A stretch of 64,000 nt of DNA from Iphione sp. A-MEVVRFRX5 (Eukaryota). The stretch lies in assembly GCA_976226885.1 (NCBI GenBank), contig OZ320323.1, positions 40,238,001 to 40,302,000 on the forward strand. The letters are read 5' to 3'. Every line of letters starts with the position of its first letter. Within the stretch, counting starts at the first letter, position 1. Of this stretch, positions 43,823 through 56,400 are shown one piece after another. The notes beneath the pieces were generated by a model. It was given only the letters and a program-made list of their open reading frames with translations. It did no database searches and had not been told where the DNA came from. The translations under genes and the position numbers were made by a program.

Positions 43823-45403
43823 TAGATACACACATACTCAGACAGAGAAGGAGAGAAGGAGAGGGAGAGACAGAAGGAGGGAGGCAGTGCCGGCTTTACA
43901 TATGTACAGACTCATCTAGAAATTCTGTGATCCGCATCTACCTGTTAGCCTCCAGTGTTCTGTTGACACACCAGATTTGGTACTGGAGGCAGAGTCCTTG
44001 AACCCTGGCGCCAAACTGATCATCAACCACAGCGCGCTGGATGCTAAGATCTCAGCTGAACCCAAGGAGGTGGTAACGACAGCAGAGAATGGGGAACAGG
44101 AGGGTGACCTCCCAGATACCCTCAAGAAAACGTAAGTTTAAGACATGTAGAAGCGGTCAGTCTGCCTTTCTATTAAAAAATATAGTACATGTCACGGTAA
44201 CATCCCAGCCTCTCCCTGATCCTCACTGTATTCGATTTTCCATGCTAGTAGGTGATTGCATCATGACAATAACGTATAGCCCCATTTCCCACATTTGTTT
44301 TGATTTGTTGGACCTTTTAAGATCCTACAGTATTACTTCCACTAAAACTGTTTCATGTCGATTTAGCGTTATTTACATTACCCCCGAGTCCAAATTGTCG
44401 GAGAGTCAAAAACATCATCAGACACCAACGAAATAATGACTTGCAACGCCCGTTGATAACTGAGGTGGTTCCTGTTCGTTTTCTGTCGGCAGCGGCCAGA
44501 CCCACCACGAAGTGTCTCATCAGAATGCAGAGGAGCGCTACAACAAGCGCAAGTACTCGTGGGAGCGCGAGGGTAAACAGCAAGAGGGCGGGGCCTCCAC
44601 CACCGAGGCAACAGGCAAGAGGTGGGTATTGTCCACATCTGTGAGTGAATAACTACGTAAGCATAGAAGATCAAGAGCTTGGTGTCGACCATGTCTAGAC
44701 TCAGTCAGAACCCAGAGAGTAGTCCATGATGTGTCTGTGGGTAAATAAGTACAGAAGTATAGACGATCAAGAGATGGGCATTGTCCATGTGTAGACCTCG
44801 TTAGAACAATCCATGATGTACCTATGAGCACCTGATCTCTTACAGGTATCTCCTGCCTGGGATATACTTTTCATGTATCTCCCACTTGGGGACTGCTTTG
44901 GGTTCAGTTTCGCCACGATGATATCATCCCAGGGGTCACCTCTATTATTAAAGATCCCATGTCTAAACCTTTTATCTGTACACCATCCACCAACAATAGC
45001 CCCAGCTTTTCTTGCTTAGACGTTTACATGATGAAATAATACACCTGTAGGTAGTCTCATTCTGCCACATCTATGCTTATCTTGGGCGTCACCTATCAAA
45101 CCGGCCTGTCATCTGTCTGTTACCCCCGACCGCTAGCAGGCAGCAGCAGCAAGGCCGGCGCCCTGCCAGCCAAACCCTGCACCTACAGACGTTTGTCTAC
45201 GAGGAGCCGGAGGGTTACATCGCCTCCAGAGCCGACAGCAGTCTGGTGCTGGGTGTGGAGGAGGTGGACGGCAATGTGTCGCAGGTGGTGCTTATGAAGC
45301 GGCGCATCGACGACATCAACCAGCGCTGGATCATCGACAAAGGGTAAATGCAAAGAGTTTATGATAATGAATAATGATATTACTATGGCAATAATATAAA
45401 TTT

Positions 45404-45435
<32 letters not shown>

Positions 45436-48400
45436 GACAAAGAAAGAGACCAAATGAGAGAATTGCCAGGTGCGAGAAACAAAGGAAACTTGAACAAATG
45501 AAAAAATGGTTTGTTCTTGATGAGAATGTCCTAAGGTGGTTGATGTGCTCTTGTTCCCTTCTGCCAGACTTGTCGTTGCTAAGGGCAACACGACACGCGT
45601 CCTGTCGGTTATTATGCCCAGCGGGGTTCCGGTCGACGAGGACGGACTTCCGCTCACCTACATCGGCAGTGAAGTCGCCTTACAGAACAGGAAGTTGACG
45701 CAGTTTGGACGAGCGAATCAGAGATGGGATTTCAATGCAGAGTTGGGCATCATTGGAGCGTTCCACACAAATACCTTCGACAAAGGTGCGTTTAATGCAA
45801 ATACCTCATAATTCCATCATGGAAGGTGTTCTATGATAGGAAGTCGAATAATTACTATATATGTATGGCACAGTGAGATGTGTTGCTACTACGTACAGTC
45901 GAATATCAATTCGTAGGTATGTCACATCCATGCACTGACCTTCTCAGTTAGACAACTGTGTCTGCTCACTAGTTCAAAGCCACGATCACATTTCACTGGT
46001 AAGTTCATGTAATCTACTAATTCAACTAACTGTAAGAGTAAAACTTTTTTGCATATGGAAGCTACACCTGAACATGTCGTTATTGTGTCTAGTTGTGTTA
46101 ATCGTTACTTTTACAGTGGGGTTAAACCGATGTAGAATGAAGGATCCTCTCAACGTTGTGGCGTTTTTTTTTTATTGTAGAGGTGACCGCAGCCAACAAA
46201 GCCAATGTCTGCACCTATGCAGTTATGCATGAAGAACAACTGGACCAGCCTGTGAGTATAGCTTCATAGTACTTCTCCTGTTTTTAGCCTTGTGTAAAAA
46301 TAAGATGGGAGGACGCCAAAACTCAGTGAAGTAATTTTCATTTTTGCTTTTGAGGACTATAGTTCAGTAACACAGGTCGTATGTCCCATCCATTACATAC
46401 ATGTGCCCACTAGGATAGTACTTACTATAACTGTGAGGTGATGGTACTCAGGCCCCCAATACACACCAGTTCACTTTGTCCCTAAAAAAAACTGAACATG
46501 ATGACTTGTCTCTGTAGGGTTATAGGGTGGAGCTGCCCACCAAGTCCGGCAACAAGGTCTTCAAGGTGTGCTCGTCTTGCGCCCGCGCCATGAGGGGGCG
46601 CCACAAGTTGGAGCGAATCGCCGGCAACGTGGACTTTGCATGTGATATGGGACAAAGTAAGTGGGCAGTCCTGCATGAAAAGGGCCGGAGGTCCGTATAT
46701 AGCGTTATCAGTAATGTGTTCTTGAATGGAACATTTCTTATGTACATATAGAGGGTTTTCTTGATTTTCTTCCCAAAATATCTTATTTTGACTTCGTTGT
46801 TGGATATATGGAAAGGTGAAGCAGCAGGTTTGGTTTTCGGCATAGCACATGGCTCAGTCCACCGATTTCATACTTTCATACTGAGGAAAACCATTTGGAG
46901 GTATCCTATCCAACAACAGTTGAGCCTTTTCCCAACTGAGAGCTGATTGCTGATCACTCGATCGAAACCACTCTAATGTGGCGCGGTGTTTGCATACAAA
47001 ATAAAGACAGACTATCCATCAATCGCCAACTATGTTAGGGATGAGTTGCCGGCAGCAGGCAGCTTTGACGCAGCCCATGAAGAATTCAGAGAGATTCACC
47101 GAGAACGTTTCATCATGAGGCACTCCAGCAACTTAATTGTCACAACTGACTTTGGGACATCACGTCGACTTTAGTACCAGCATAGGACACTAGGTGTCTC
47201 CCTGAGATACAGCCCAGTGGCGCCACCACAGTCAGCCATCTTGGTTGTTGTCACTTTTAGTCTAGCAGTCACCCAGTTCAGACCTGTCTTAGGATTCTTA
47301 CTGTTCTGTACTGTCACTGTTCTTTCTTTCTGCTATTTCTATCAGGATCACCAAAGGGAGTATTTTTTAAGCTTTACTTTGTTGATTGAACAGATACTTT
47401 GCGAATTGATCAGGGAGATGATGCTCTTTTCATCTCCTTCACTAGTTGCCGTAAGTCTGTGTCCACAGCCACTTTGGCCAGGTGGACGAAAGAGGTCATG
47501 GCGTTGTCAGGTGTGGACACGCAAGTGTTCTCCGCGCATTCTACTAGATCAGCTTCGTCTTTGAAGCTGGCTAAGATGGGAATGCCTTTGTCTGAAATTA
47601 TGAAGAGGGGCATGTGGTCGCATGCCAATACCTTCAAGTTGTTTTATTTGAAGGATATTCGGGATGGTGGACAGCAATAGTCTTTTCACTCATCCTCTGA
47701 GGCTTTGGGCTTTGAAGTCTCAGGGAGACACCTAGTGTCCTATGCTGGTACTAAAGTTAGTGGGTTACATGAACTTACAGTGAAGTGTGACCTTGACTTT
47801 GTACCAGTATTAGGACACAAGTGTCTAACTGCCCACCTCTCCCCTCCCATGTGGGCGTTTAGTTTCCTTCATCCTCATAGGTTTCATTCTCATCCTATTG
47901 CTGCAGGGTTCCTGACTTCTTTGAATAGTGACAACAACCAAGATGGCTGACTGTGGTGGCGCCACTGGGCTGTATCTCAGTTAGACACCTGTGTCCTAAT
48001 ACTGGTACAAAGTCAAGGTCACACTTCACTGTAAGTTCGTGTAACCCACTAATTATCAGCTGTGAATTGATGATTAGTTGTGAATTCGTTTCACACAGCG
48101 GTCGCCCAATCTCCCCCACATCGTCATTTTACTGCTTTTGATATGGTTGGACAGGGTGAATTTTACCGATCACCTCATCGCACAACAGCATCAAAATGAC
48201 GCTGCGACATTGTTTGCTTTCTGCTGGTCAATACTGGGGGCTCTGCTACGACAGTGTCATTATGATGTAAAAAAAGGCAATTGGTCAACTACTATGGCAC
48301 GATTTCCTCTGGCACTAACACGATTTCCTCTCTCATGTACCATATGCTTCTTCCACCCCCCTAAAGGTAAGAGCCTGGGCATCAAGCAGGTTGGCAGCTT

Positions 48401-51400
48401 CCAGTGCCTCAACGGCAAGGTGGACCTGCGGACGAGAGAGGCTGGTCACACCCTGCGCGAGTGGGAGGCTCAGCTTGAGAAGCTCAGGGAGGAGCTCAGC
48501 GTACGCGCCATCGCCAACAAGATCTCAGCTGCTCGGGTGCCCTTCACCATCAAGGTGCTGGCCTACAAGAACGGCCAGGGACGCATCCGACCGGGCGAGC
48601 TCATCATTGGATCCTCGGTGGCCGGCGTAAGTTAGCAGTGCCCAGCATAGATCATCAGACGCGACTGGGTTACCTCACCATTAGGATGAGTTCCTCGCTC
48701 CATTCATGGAAGAGATCTTGTTTGTATTGGGTGTATATATTGATTATGTCAAGGAGCCTGACGTATCCCTGTTTTGTCTTTCTTTTTCTTTTTTGACTTT
48801 AGAGAAATGTATAAAAAAGAGTAGGATTAGATACGGCAGGTACTTTGGCGCAAGATGCACTGAAGCGATTATCATCGTTGTAAGTTTGCTCTCAAAGAAA
48901 TTGCCCAGATTTTCCAGTTAAGGAGGTCTTTCAGATACAGTCGTAATGGATTCCTCGTTGTGAAAAGATAACACAGATTAAAACAAGAGACCGCTATAAC
49001 ACAGTATCCGTCCTGCTCGAATCTTCACTGTGTGTATTATATAACAGGTCGTTTTAATTGCACACCTTTTCCCATGCGCTCATACACACAGATCCTGGAG
49101 CAGTGCACGCACCGCCTGAGCCTCAACCAGGCCGCCCGCCGTCTCTACACGGCCGACGGCTTCATGGTGCTGGACCTGGAGGACCTGGTGCGCTGGGCGC
49201 AGCAGAACTACGTCAGTCAGGCCAAGGCTCAACTCCGCGCGCAGGCGGCAAACAAACCATCGGGTACGGCAGTTAGTAGTAAAAGAACCCCACCCACCCA
49301 CCCACCCACCCACCAAAGAATTTAAAACGACCCAAACAAATAAGTACATGTAAGTGGTAAGGCATGGTTAATAAATAATTGGTACGGCTTGTATGTAGAT
49401 GCATTGGACACGTATAGGTATTCCTCTGTTAACGAATCCTCTCCTAACGAAAAACTGCTGTTTAATGTATCGTGTACTTGTATATGTTGATCGTTTGTCA
49501 TGGAAAAAAGTCTGACTTATGGATCCATTTTCTGACAGAGTTAACATTTGGTCACGATGCACTGACAACCAGAACTCAGATGAGTAACTTGGCTGGGTCT
49601 TTACTCGTACCCAACCCGACACAGCAAATAGAGAGCGATGGCTTCATCCACATGTGGAACTTCTACTGCGCCAAGCCGGGCAAGCTCTATCTCCTGGTAA
49701 GTGGTGGGAGGTGAAAGGATTTTGTATTGATTACCGTCTATACAAGCAGTAGATCTGTCCAAAAAGAGTGGCCTCAGGGCACAACATCTATAGAATTAAC
49801 CACTTACATTATATAAAAGTTTGGTTCAAAAAGGTGTTGCTACTAGATGTAGATGTATAGCTGTACAAGGAATTGTAGAATTTGACTATTTAAGACACTT
49901 ATTACCTCCTGTGCCCGTCTCATGAACTTGTGTAGGTGACTTCCTAAATATGTGAGGCACAATGTAGGAAATGTTCCTTATTCTATTAAAAACGTGTTAA
50001 AATGGTAATATTATTTTCTCTGACTTTTTTCTTAAAATATTCGACTCTATAGCTTACCAAGAAGGAAACTTCATTGTTCGCTTTCTTGCTTTTCTTAATG
50101 TTTTAATTTTTGGGGGGTCTCGATGAAACCCTTTACCATAACTCAGTGATATGCATTAACACGCTATGATAAATAAACAAAATTCTCACGACTCTAGATC
50201 CTGACACCAGATGGTAGGAACAAAAGCGCGTTCCATGTTGAGGACCAGGTGGACTTCGACATCCAGCAGGCAGGAGAGTACAGCGTCGATATGACCAACG
50301 TCTCTGACACACCTTGGTAAGGGAAAAAATATCGTGTGTGTGTGTGTTTTTTTTTAACTCGAGGAGGTTAACGCATGTGGTGATGCTGTTGTATGTAACA
50401 GTGGAGTGATGCTCACTCAACCCAACACCCCCCCCCCCAAATAACCGAACCACCGGCCATCCACATAGGTGGCTGAGTTACGAGCGTACAGTTTTGTTTT
50501 AATTAGTGGAGATTAAGGCAATGAGGAACTCCTTGCACTCATTGTCTCTGACCTCCAATACGAGCTTTGGCGATGTACATGGCACATTCGTGTGAAGTGT
50601 GTGTACCTAGTAAGCATAACCAAAACCCCGTGCTTATCTGAACGATTTCCCTTGAAAGACACCCTGTTTGGTTGAGACAGTGTCACTTTATTGCTGCAAG
50701 TATAAAGAACACTCTAAAAAAACATTTCACGATAATGTGGGGCCTGGGTTGATGAATAGATTTTGGCTTGCGCACTAGGTAGCAAATTCAAACTCCGTCA
50801 AAAGAAGTTTGGTTATCACGGCGTTTTTTTTTTCTCATCATAGTAAACTTGAAGGCTGAGGTAAGGCCATGACCTCATCCTCTTGAGGCCCTAAAATTGC
50901 TCCGGCTGTAAATGAAATGATTCAGTACATTCTTCGGTAATTAACGAAGATATTGTTGCCTGGACACACGCACGCACACAATCGATTTCTGCATATAATA
51001 TATATGCTTATATGGACTAGGGTGCAGAAATCTGGAATTCAAAGTAGGTTTCTCATATTGAGCTGACATTCTGTTCAAAATCCTTGTGTCTTAATGGTGG
51101 TGGGTTTTCAATGTAAAATGAATACAGGTAACTCTCACGCAGGAGACCATCTCTAGTACGGGCGGATATGGTCCCTGTTATAATCTGATCTGCTCTACGG
51201 TCTCTTTTTATATAAAACTATGACTTTTGGTTCAGCAAAAAAGCTGGTCTCTCCCATGGTCTAATCTTCTCCTCCGTGATATGGTCTCTAAGTAAGAGTG
51301 GACTGTAGTCCGTCTGATATTTCACAGGCAAAAGTTGCCGCTTTATTAACAATATCGAATCATTTCTTTATGCACAGGTTTGGCAAGGGGATGGCAGTAA

Positions 51401-53414
51401 AGAAGGGTTGTGTCATTGGTATGTACTGGCCTGGCGAGTCAATGATTCCCTATGACGTGGACGGCAAGGAGTCCACAGAGCTGCTCTCTCTGCCACTGAA
51501 AGGCCCACCCTCGGCCAAGGACACGCTCACCTTGAAGGCATCGCAGCAAAAGGGAACACTGAAATTCTCACTGAACGCCATGATCAAGACCTCAGGTCAG
51601 ATTCGACTTTTTTTTATGCCTTAACCAGTTCGGGGACCTATTTGTATGTACAGTCAGCACTCATCATTTTCACCCCCTCCCCCCCCCCATGTACAGATTC
51701 CATTGTTATATATGGTTGCCCTCGTCATCTTCACCTTCAGTGCATTGATTCCTTGGTAGATAGCTGCCCTCATCATCTTAACCCTTCATGTACGGATCCC
51801 CTGTTTTACAGGTGTCCATCTTCACCCGCGTGTGCAGATTCTCACTTTAAGCTCTCCCTTTAAGTCCTCATCATCTTCAGGCAGTAATTTGTTCAATAGA
51901 GTCAGTGCTTGTGCTGACGAGTCACACACATCCTGCTTACTGGTGCTGCCAGTGAGGAAGGCTTTGCTGATTCACACTCCTGTCAGATGCATGAGGTACT
52001 CTCGGGCTCTCACATGTGAACCCGTCACCACCGCTGGCCGTGGGAGGGTGGGTGGTTGGGGGTGGGGGTTATGGTTGAGGACCAGGACGAGGGGACTGTA
52101 ACCCTCAAAAGTTCACTTTCTTCTTGCCCCTTTGCCTCATAGAGGGTGGGGGAGGGGGTGGGCGCTTAGGAATACATGTACTGCTGTCATCTTATCATAC
52201 ATGTACTGTTGTCATCATGACTTTATGGGCATTGTAACTTCCAAACTACTGCATCATTTGAATCAGTTCAGGTTTTAATTATATGGCGTTTTCCTTTATA
52301 GACACTTACCACTGGCTGATTCTTGTCTTATTTCAAGGGTTTTAAAGGTTGAATTCATGTGTTTTGTAACATGACTGTACATGCGTACATGTATACACAT
52401 ACATAGAGATTCCAAGGCATGGAACCTATGTGTTATGCTCACCCAGGCAGAACTAATTAGTTCCAGTTGACTGAACGACAGGACACAGTAGACCTCGTAG
52501 GTCCTTATTTATCATTGAAACTCTATTCAACATACATTCTTTGTTCAGGTGTTTCATTATATTTTGCTCTGGGTATTATGTGTCAAGATATACTCTCAGC
52601 AATAAATTTACTGGCGTCTCTTTTTTCCCCTTTTTCAGCCGCAGATGAACCTGGTAAGTTAACTGTTTATAACATATAGCTAGTATCAGATTGAATTACC
52701 ATAGTGAATCTCTGCATAAGATACATGTATATATATATATATACATGTACAGGTATAGTTTCTGGCTACACTGCATAGATAGTTGTAAATTGATGGGGCC
52801 TTATTTTCTATACACATAACTGACTGTTCAGTCGAAATCCAATAGACATTCCTTTCCAAAAGAAAGCTTGAATCCTGCATTTGCAAGTTTGCTGCTAGTT
52901 GGCTGCATGGGGAACTGAATGTTTTACTCAAGTTTATCAGAACTTGTGTATGTTCTGCGTGATATTGTTCATTGCAGGCAAAGAGACTTGAATAGAGCTA
53001 ATCCCTGTTTGTCAAAACAGGAGTTTTTCTGCTGTGAGTAAAAGTGTTAGAAATAGGCATGTGTCTCTTCACCAACTATTTAAGAAGTCCGAAGGACTAG
53101 GGATCAATCATCTTGAAGGCAGCTAGTTGACTGTTTGCTCGTGTATTTCCAGTTATGAACGGCAATCTGATGGACAAGGTGGACTTAGAGGAGAGTGACT
53201 GGGAGGACGAGGAGGACGACAACGAGGAGGAGCAGCCGCCTGCTGCCCCGAACAATGACGACGTGGATGACTCAGGTTGGTCGCCATTACATCTGCATAT
53301 ACATGTATATGTATACATGTATATTTGTCCTCCACCTCTAGGAGGGGTGGGGGACCTTAGGATCACTGCTGTCTGACTGTCCGACCTTCCGTCACAACCT
53401 TTTAGTGTAGTTTC

Positions 53415-53450
<36 letters not shown>

Positions 53451-56400
53451 GCGTGCGTGCGTGTGTTTGTGTGTGCGCGCATATGCACACACACTTTTGA
53501 GACGTGGCTACATCCTCTCTTTCTGAAAAAAATTCTTAAGTGGACTCGTTGTTAGAAACTTCGTTACAGCTGGCCTACGTGAATGCACGCGTACTGATAC
53601 AAATTTGTCTCCTTTTGGTATGCATGTTAATTAATAAGTGTTTTTTTCTGACTGCTATAAAGGCGTCTCGTTCCTCGGAGGCTGTGTTTATAAAAGCACA
53701 TACATGTACCTGTAATTTTACCGTTCTCCTATACAGAAGACTTTGCGATCGGCTACGAGGTACTGCCTAACAGGGCCAAGCTTGGCGGCGTCCCTGCCTG
53801 CATGCTTGTGCCCAACCCGACCGAGGAGGTGGAGCAAGATGGCTACGTGTACATGTGGAACTTCTACTGCACCAAGCCGGGCAAACTCTTCGTTCAGGTG
53901 AGGCAACCTTACATCTTGTAAATGTCCTGTTCTTAGGTTGTGTGTGTTTAACGCAGCACTGAAAAAGCAAAGTCTACATATATATATTCACTCAGTTGAA
54001 CTTGACTCTATGTATAGCTGCTTTTTCACAGAGGTAGATTATGATAGTGCCTAAAAATTAGGCAAAGATAATTGGATTTTATATACAAAATTCTCTCAAG
54101 ATAGATACATGTATTGTGAAATTTAGTAGATCTCCCCTTCCAAGATACGACCAGATATCCTAAATTTCTTGTTGAGCTGATTGTTATTCTTATGTATAAG
54201 TACATGTACGTCCATTTTGGTATTGCTTGTTCATAGATTCTAAGACCCGACACGAAGAATTTGAATGCTTTCCATGTGGAGGACCAGGCAGATTTTGAGA
54301 TCCGCCAAGCCGGAGAGTACAATGTGGACATGACCAACCTCGCCAATACACCATGGTATGATATACCACCCGCACCCCCACCCGCAACCCCATACCATTC
54401 CTATGAGCAAACGTAAACGTATTTGTCCCATTGTCCTTTCATCATAAAGGAATGGAATGTACCTAATTCTAACTTTTCAAGTGTTCCGTACTTCCTACAC
54501 TACACTGATATCCATCTTTTGTCTATGGCTCTCTAGCATGAAAATGATGTTGGGGGAGGAGCTTATAATTGAGAGATCGATTGAGAGAGGATGGGGAGAG
54601 GTAACACTGCCAGAGACTTGTTGGCCTTTGGTTCTAGGCAAGGCTAACAAGGTACTGAAAGACTAATCGACAGACTGATTGGTAGAGGTGGGGGTCTGGG
54701 GTGGGGCAGAAGACACTCGATTCTGTGTATAGGAAGTTAGCATGTGGCTGTAAAAGCCCCCCAACCCCACCCCAACCACCACCACCACCACCTTGAGTGT
54801 TCCCCGCTGTGTGTTTATTAGACCATGACGAATGCGATCACTGGACCATGACGAACGCAACCATGGACACGACCACTGGAGCATGAAAATCACACACCGG
54901 ATCAGTGACAATGAAGAAGACAGAGAGACGGATAGCGATACAGGGACAGAGAGAGTGTGTGTGTGTTTGTGCGTGAGAGTTGCGTACATTTAGAAAAATC
55001 TGGGGTAATGTGGGGAGATATACTAAAACGATGCATAGATGCAGCACGCCCAGGGATATTCCCACTGTGGCCGTACCTCCAGTTCGCATCTGTGATGCTC
55101 ACTTTTACTTTCCACCTTTTTCTCGTCATATGTGATATTGTGTTATTGCTTGCCATCAGTAGAATCTGGGTTCTGATCTCTTCTTTGGTCTCCATCTGTC
55201 CATTTCTATCTATCTATCTGTCTGTCTGTCTGTCTGTTGTCTCTCACACGCATGCATGCACTCACACATTTGCGCGTGCCTGTGCACACGCCCACTTACT
55301 CTCTCCCTCAATCCCACAATCCCTCTTTCTTTCCCGTTGGATCATTTCCTCATTGTCTGTTTTCACACTGTCCTCTATCTGAGATTCTCTGTCTCTTCCC
55401 CAAGAACCCACGCTTGCTACTGCTTTGTCCGACTATACACACCCTTGTACTTCCAGGTTTGGGAAGGGAATGCGTGTGAAGCGTGGTTCAGTCATCGGCT
55501 TCTACTGCTCCGGTGAATCCATGATTCCGTTCGACTTGGACGAGACCATCCACCAGGCACCTTTCTACCAGGAGCTCCACAGTCCGCCCTCCATCAAGGA
55601 CACCATCACCTTGAAGACCTGGCAGCAGTCTGGCACCCGCAAGTACTCCCTCAACGCCTTCATCCGACCAGGTAAGGGGTGCTTAGCAAGTGGAATCGTC
55701 AGTATAGAATACAAGGCCGTGGTAGATTTAAACTCATGCTTCAACGCATAACTATGAGATCACTATAGACCACTTGAGATCACGCAAGCACATGACTCAG
55801 AACCTCATGTACATAACCCTGAAAAGACTTATCTGAGAAAACGTACTCGGAGAAAACGTACTAAATGTAAGTTGATCCTAAAAAATCAGGTGCATTTCCT
55901 ATTATTTAGTGCGGTGAAAAGTTTGTTTTTAAAAGGATGAATTGTAGTATGTGAGTATGAAAAAAGCATTCATATGGAAAGAATTTGTCTATTGATATAT
56001 GTACTCCTGGTCCTTTAGACATGCCACGATAGTTCACAGACCTCTCTAAGATGTTGAGAATATGTGATAGTTATGTCTTTGTTATCGTCGTCGTCGTAGC
56101 AAACAAGGTCGATGTGCCCAGCAAAAAATCAGCAGCACCTCCTTCCAGTAAGAAAACGAATGAGAAGACGAAGAAGAACAAGAAGAAGAAGAGGTTACGA
56201 GGACCACACGTGGACACGCCGCCCACCGAGCTGGTGCTCAAGTACCCCATAGAGGTGTGGGTGTCGGGTGGCGAACCGTTCATTAAACCTGAAAGTAAGT
56301 GTAGTTGTATAGTGGTCAGTTAGAGGAATCATGAGAATAATCATTAGTCCCATTTAAAAAAAAAGAAAATAGTCCCCTACCTTCAAGAGTGGGGTGGGCT

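Noticed and set aside
46986-47174. 62-aa ORF abutting the DIRS left end as a possible gag
   Set aside because: It lies outside the ITR-defined element and has no recognisable motif.
48138-48366. 5' extension of the 165-aa ORF
   Set aside because: Intronic read-through; the phase-compatible acceptor is at 48365-48366.
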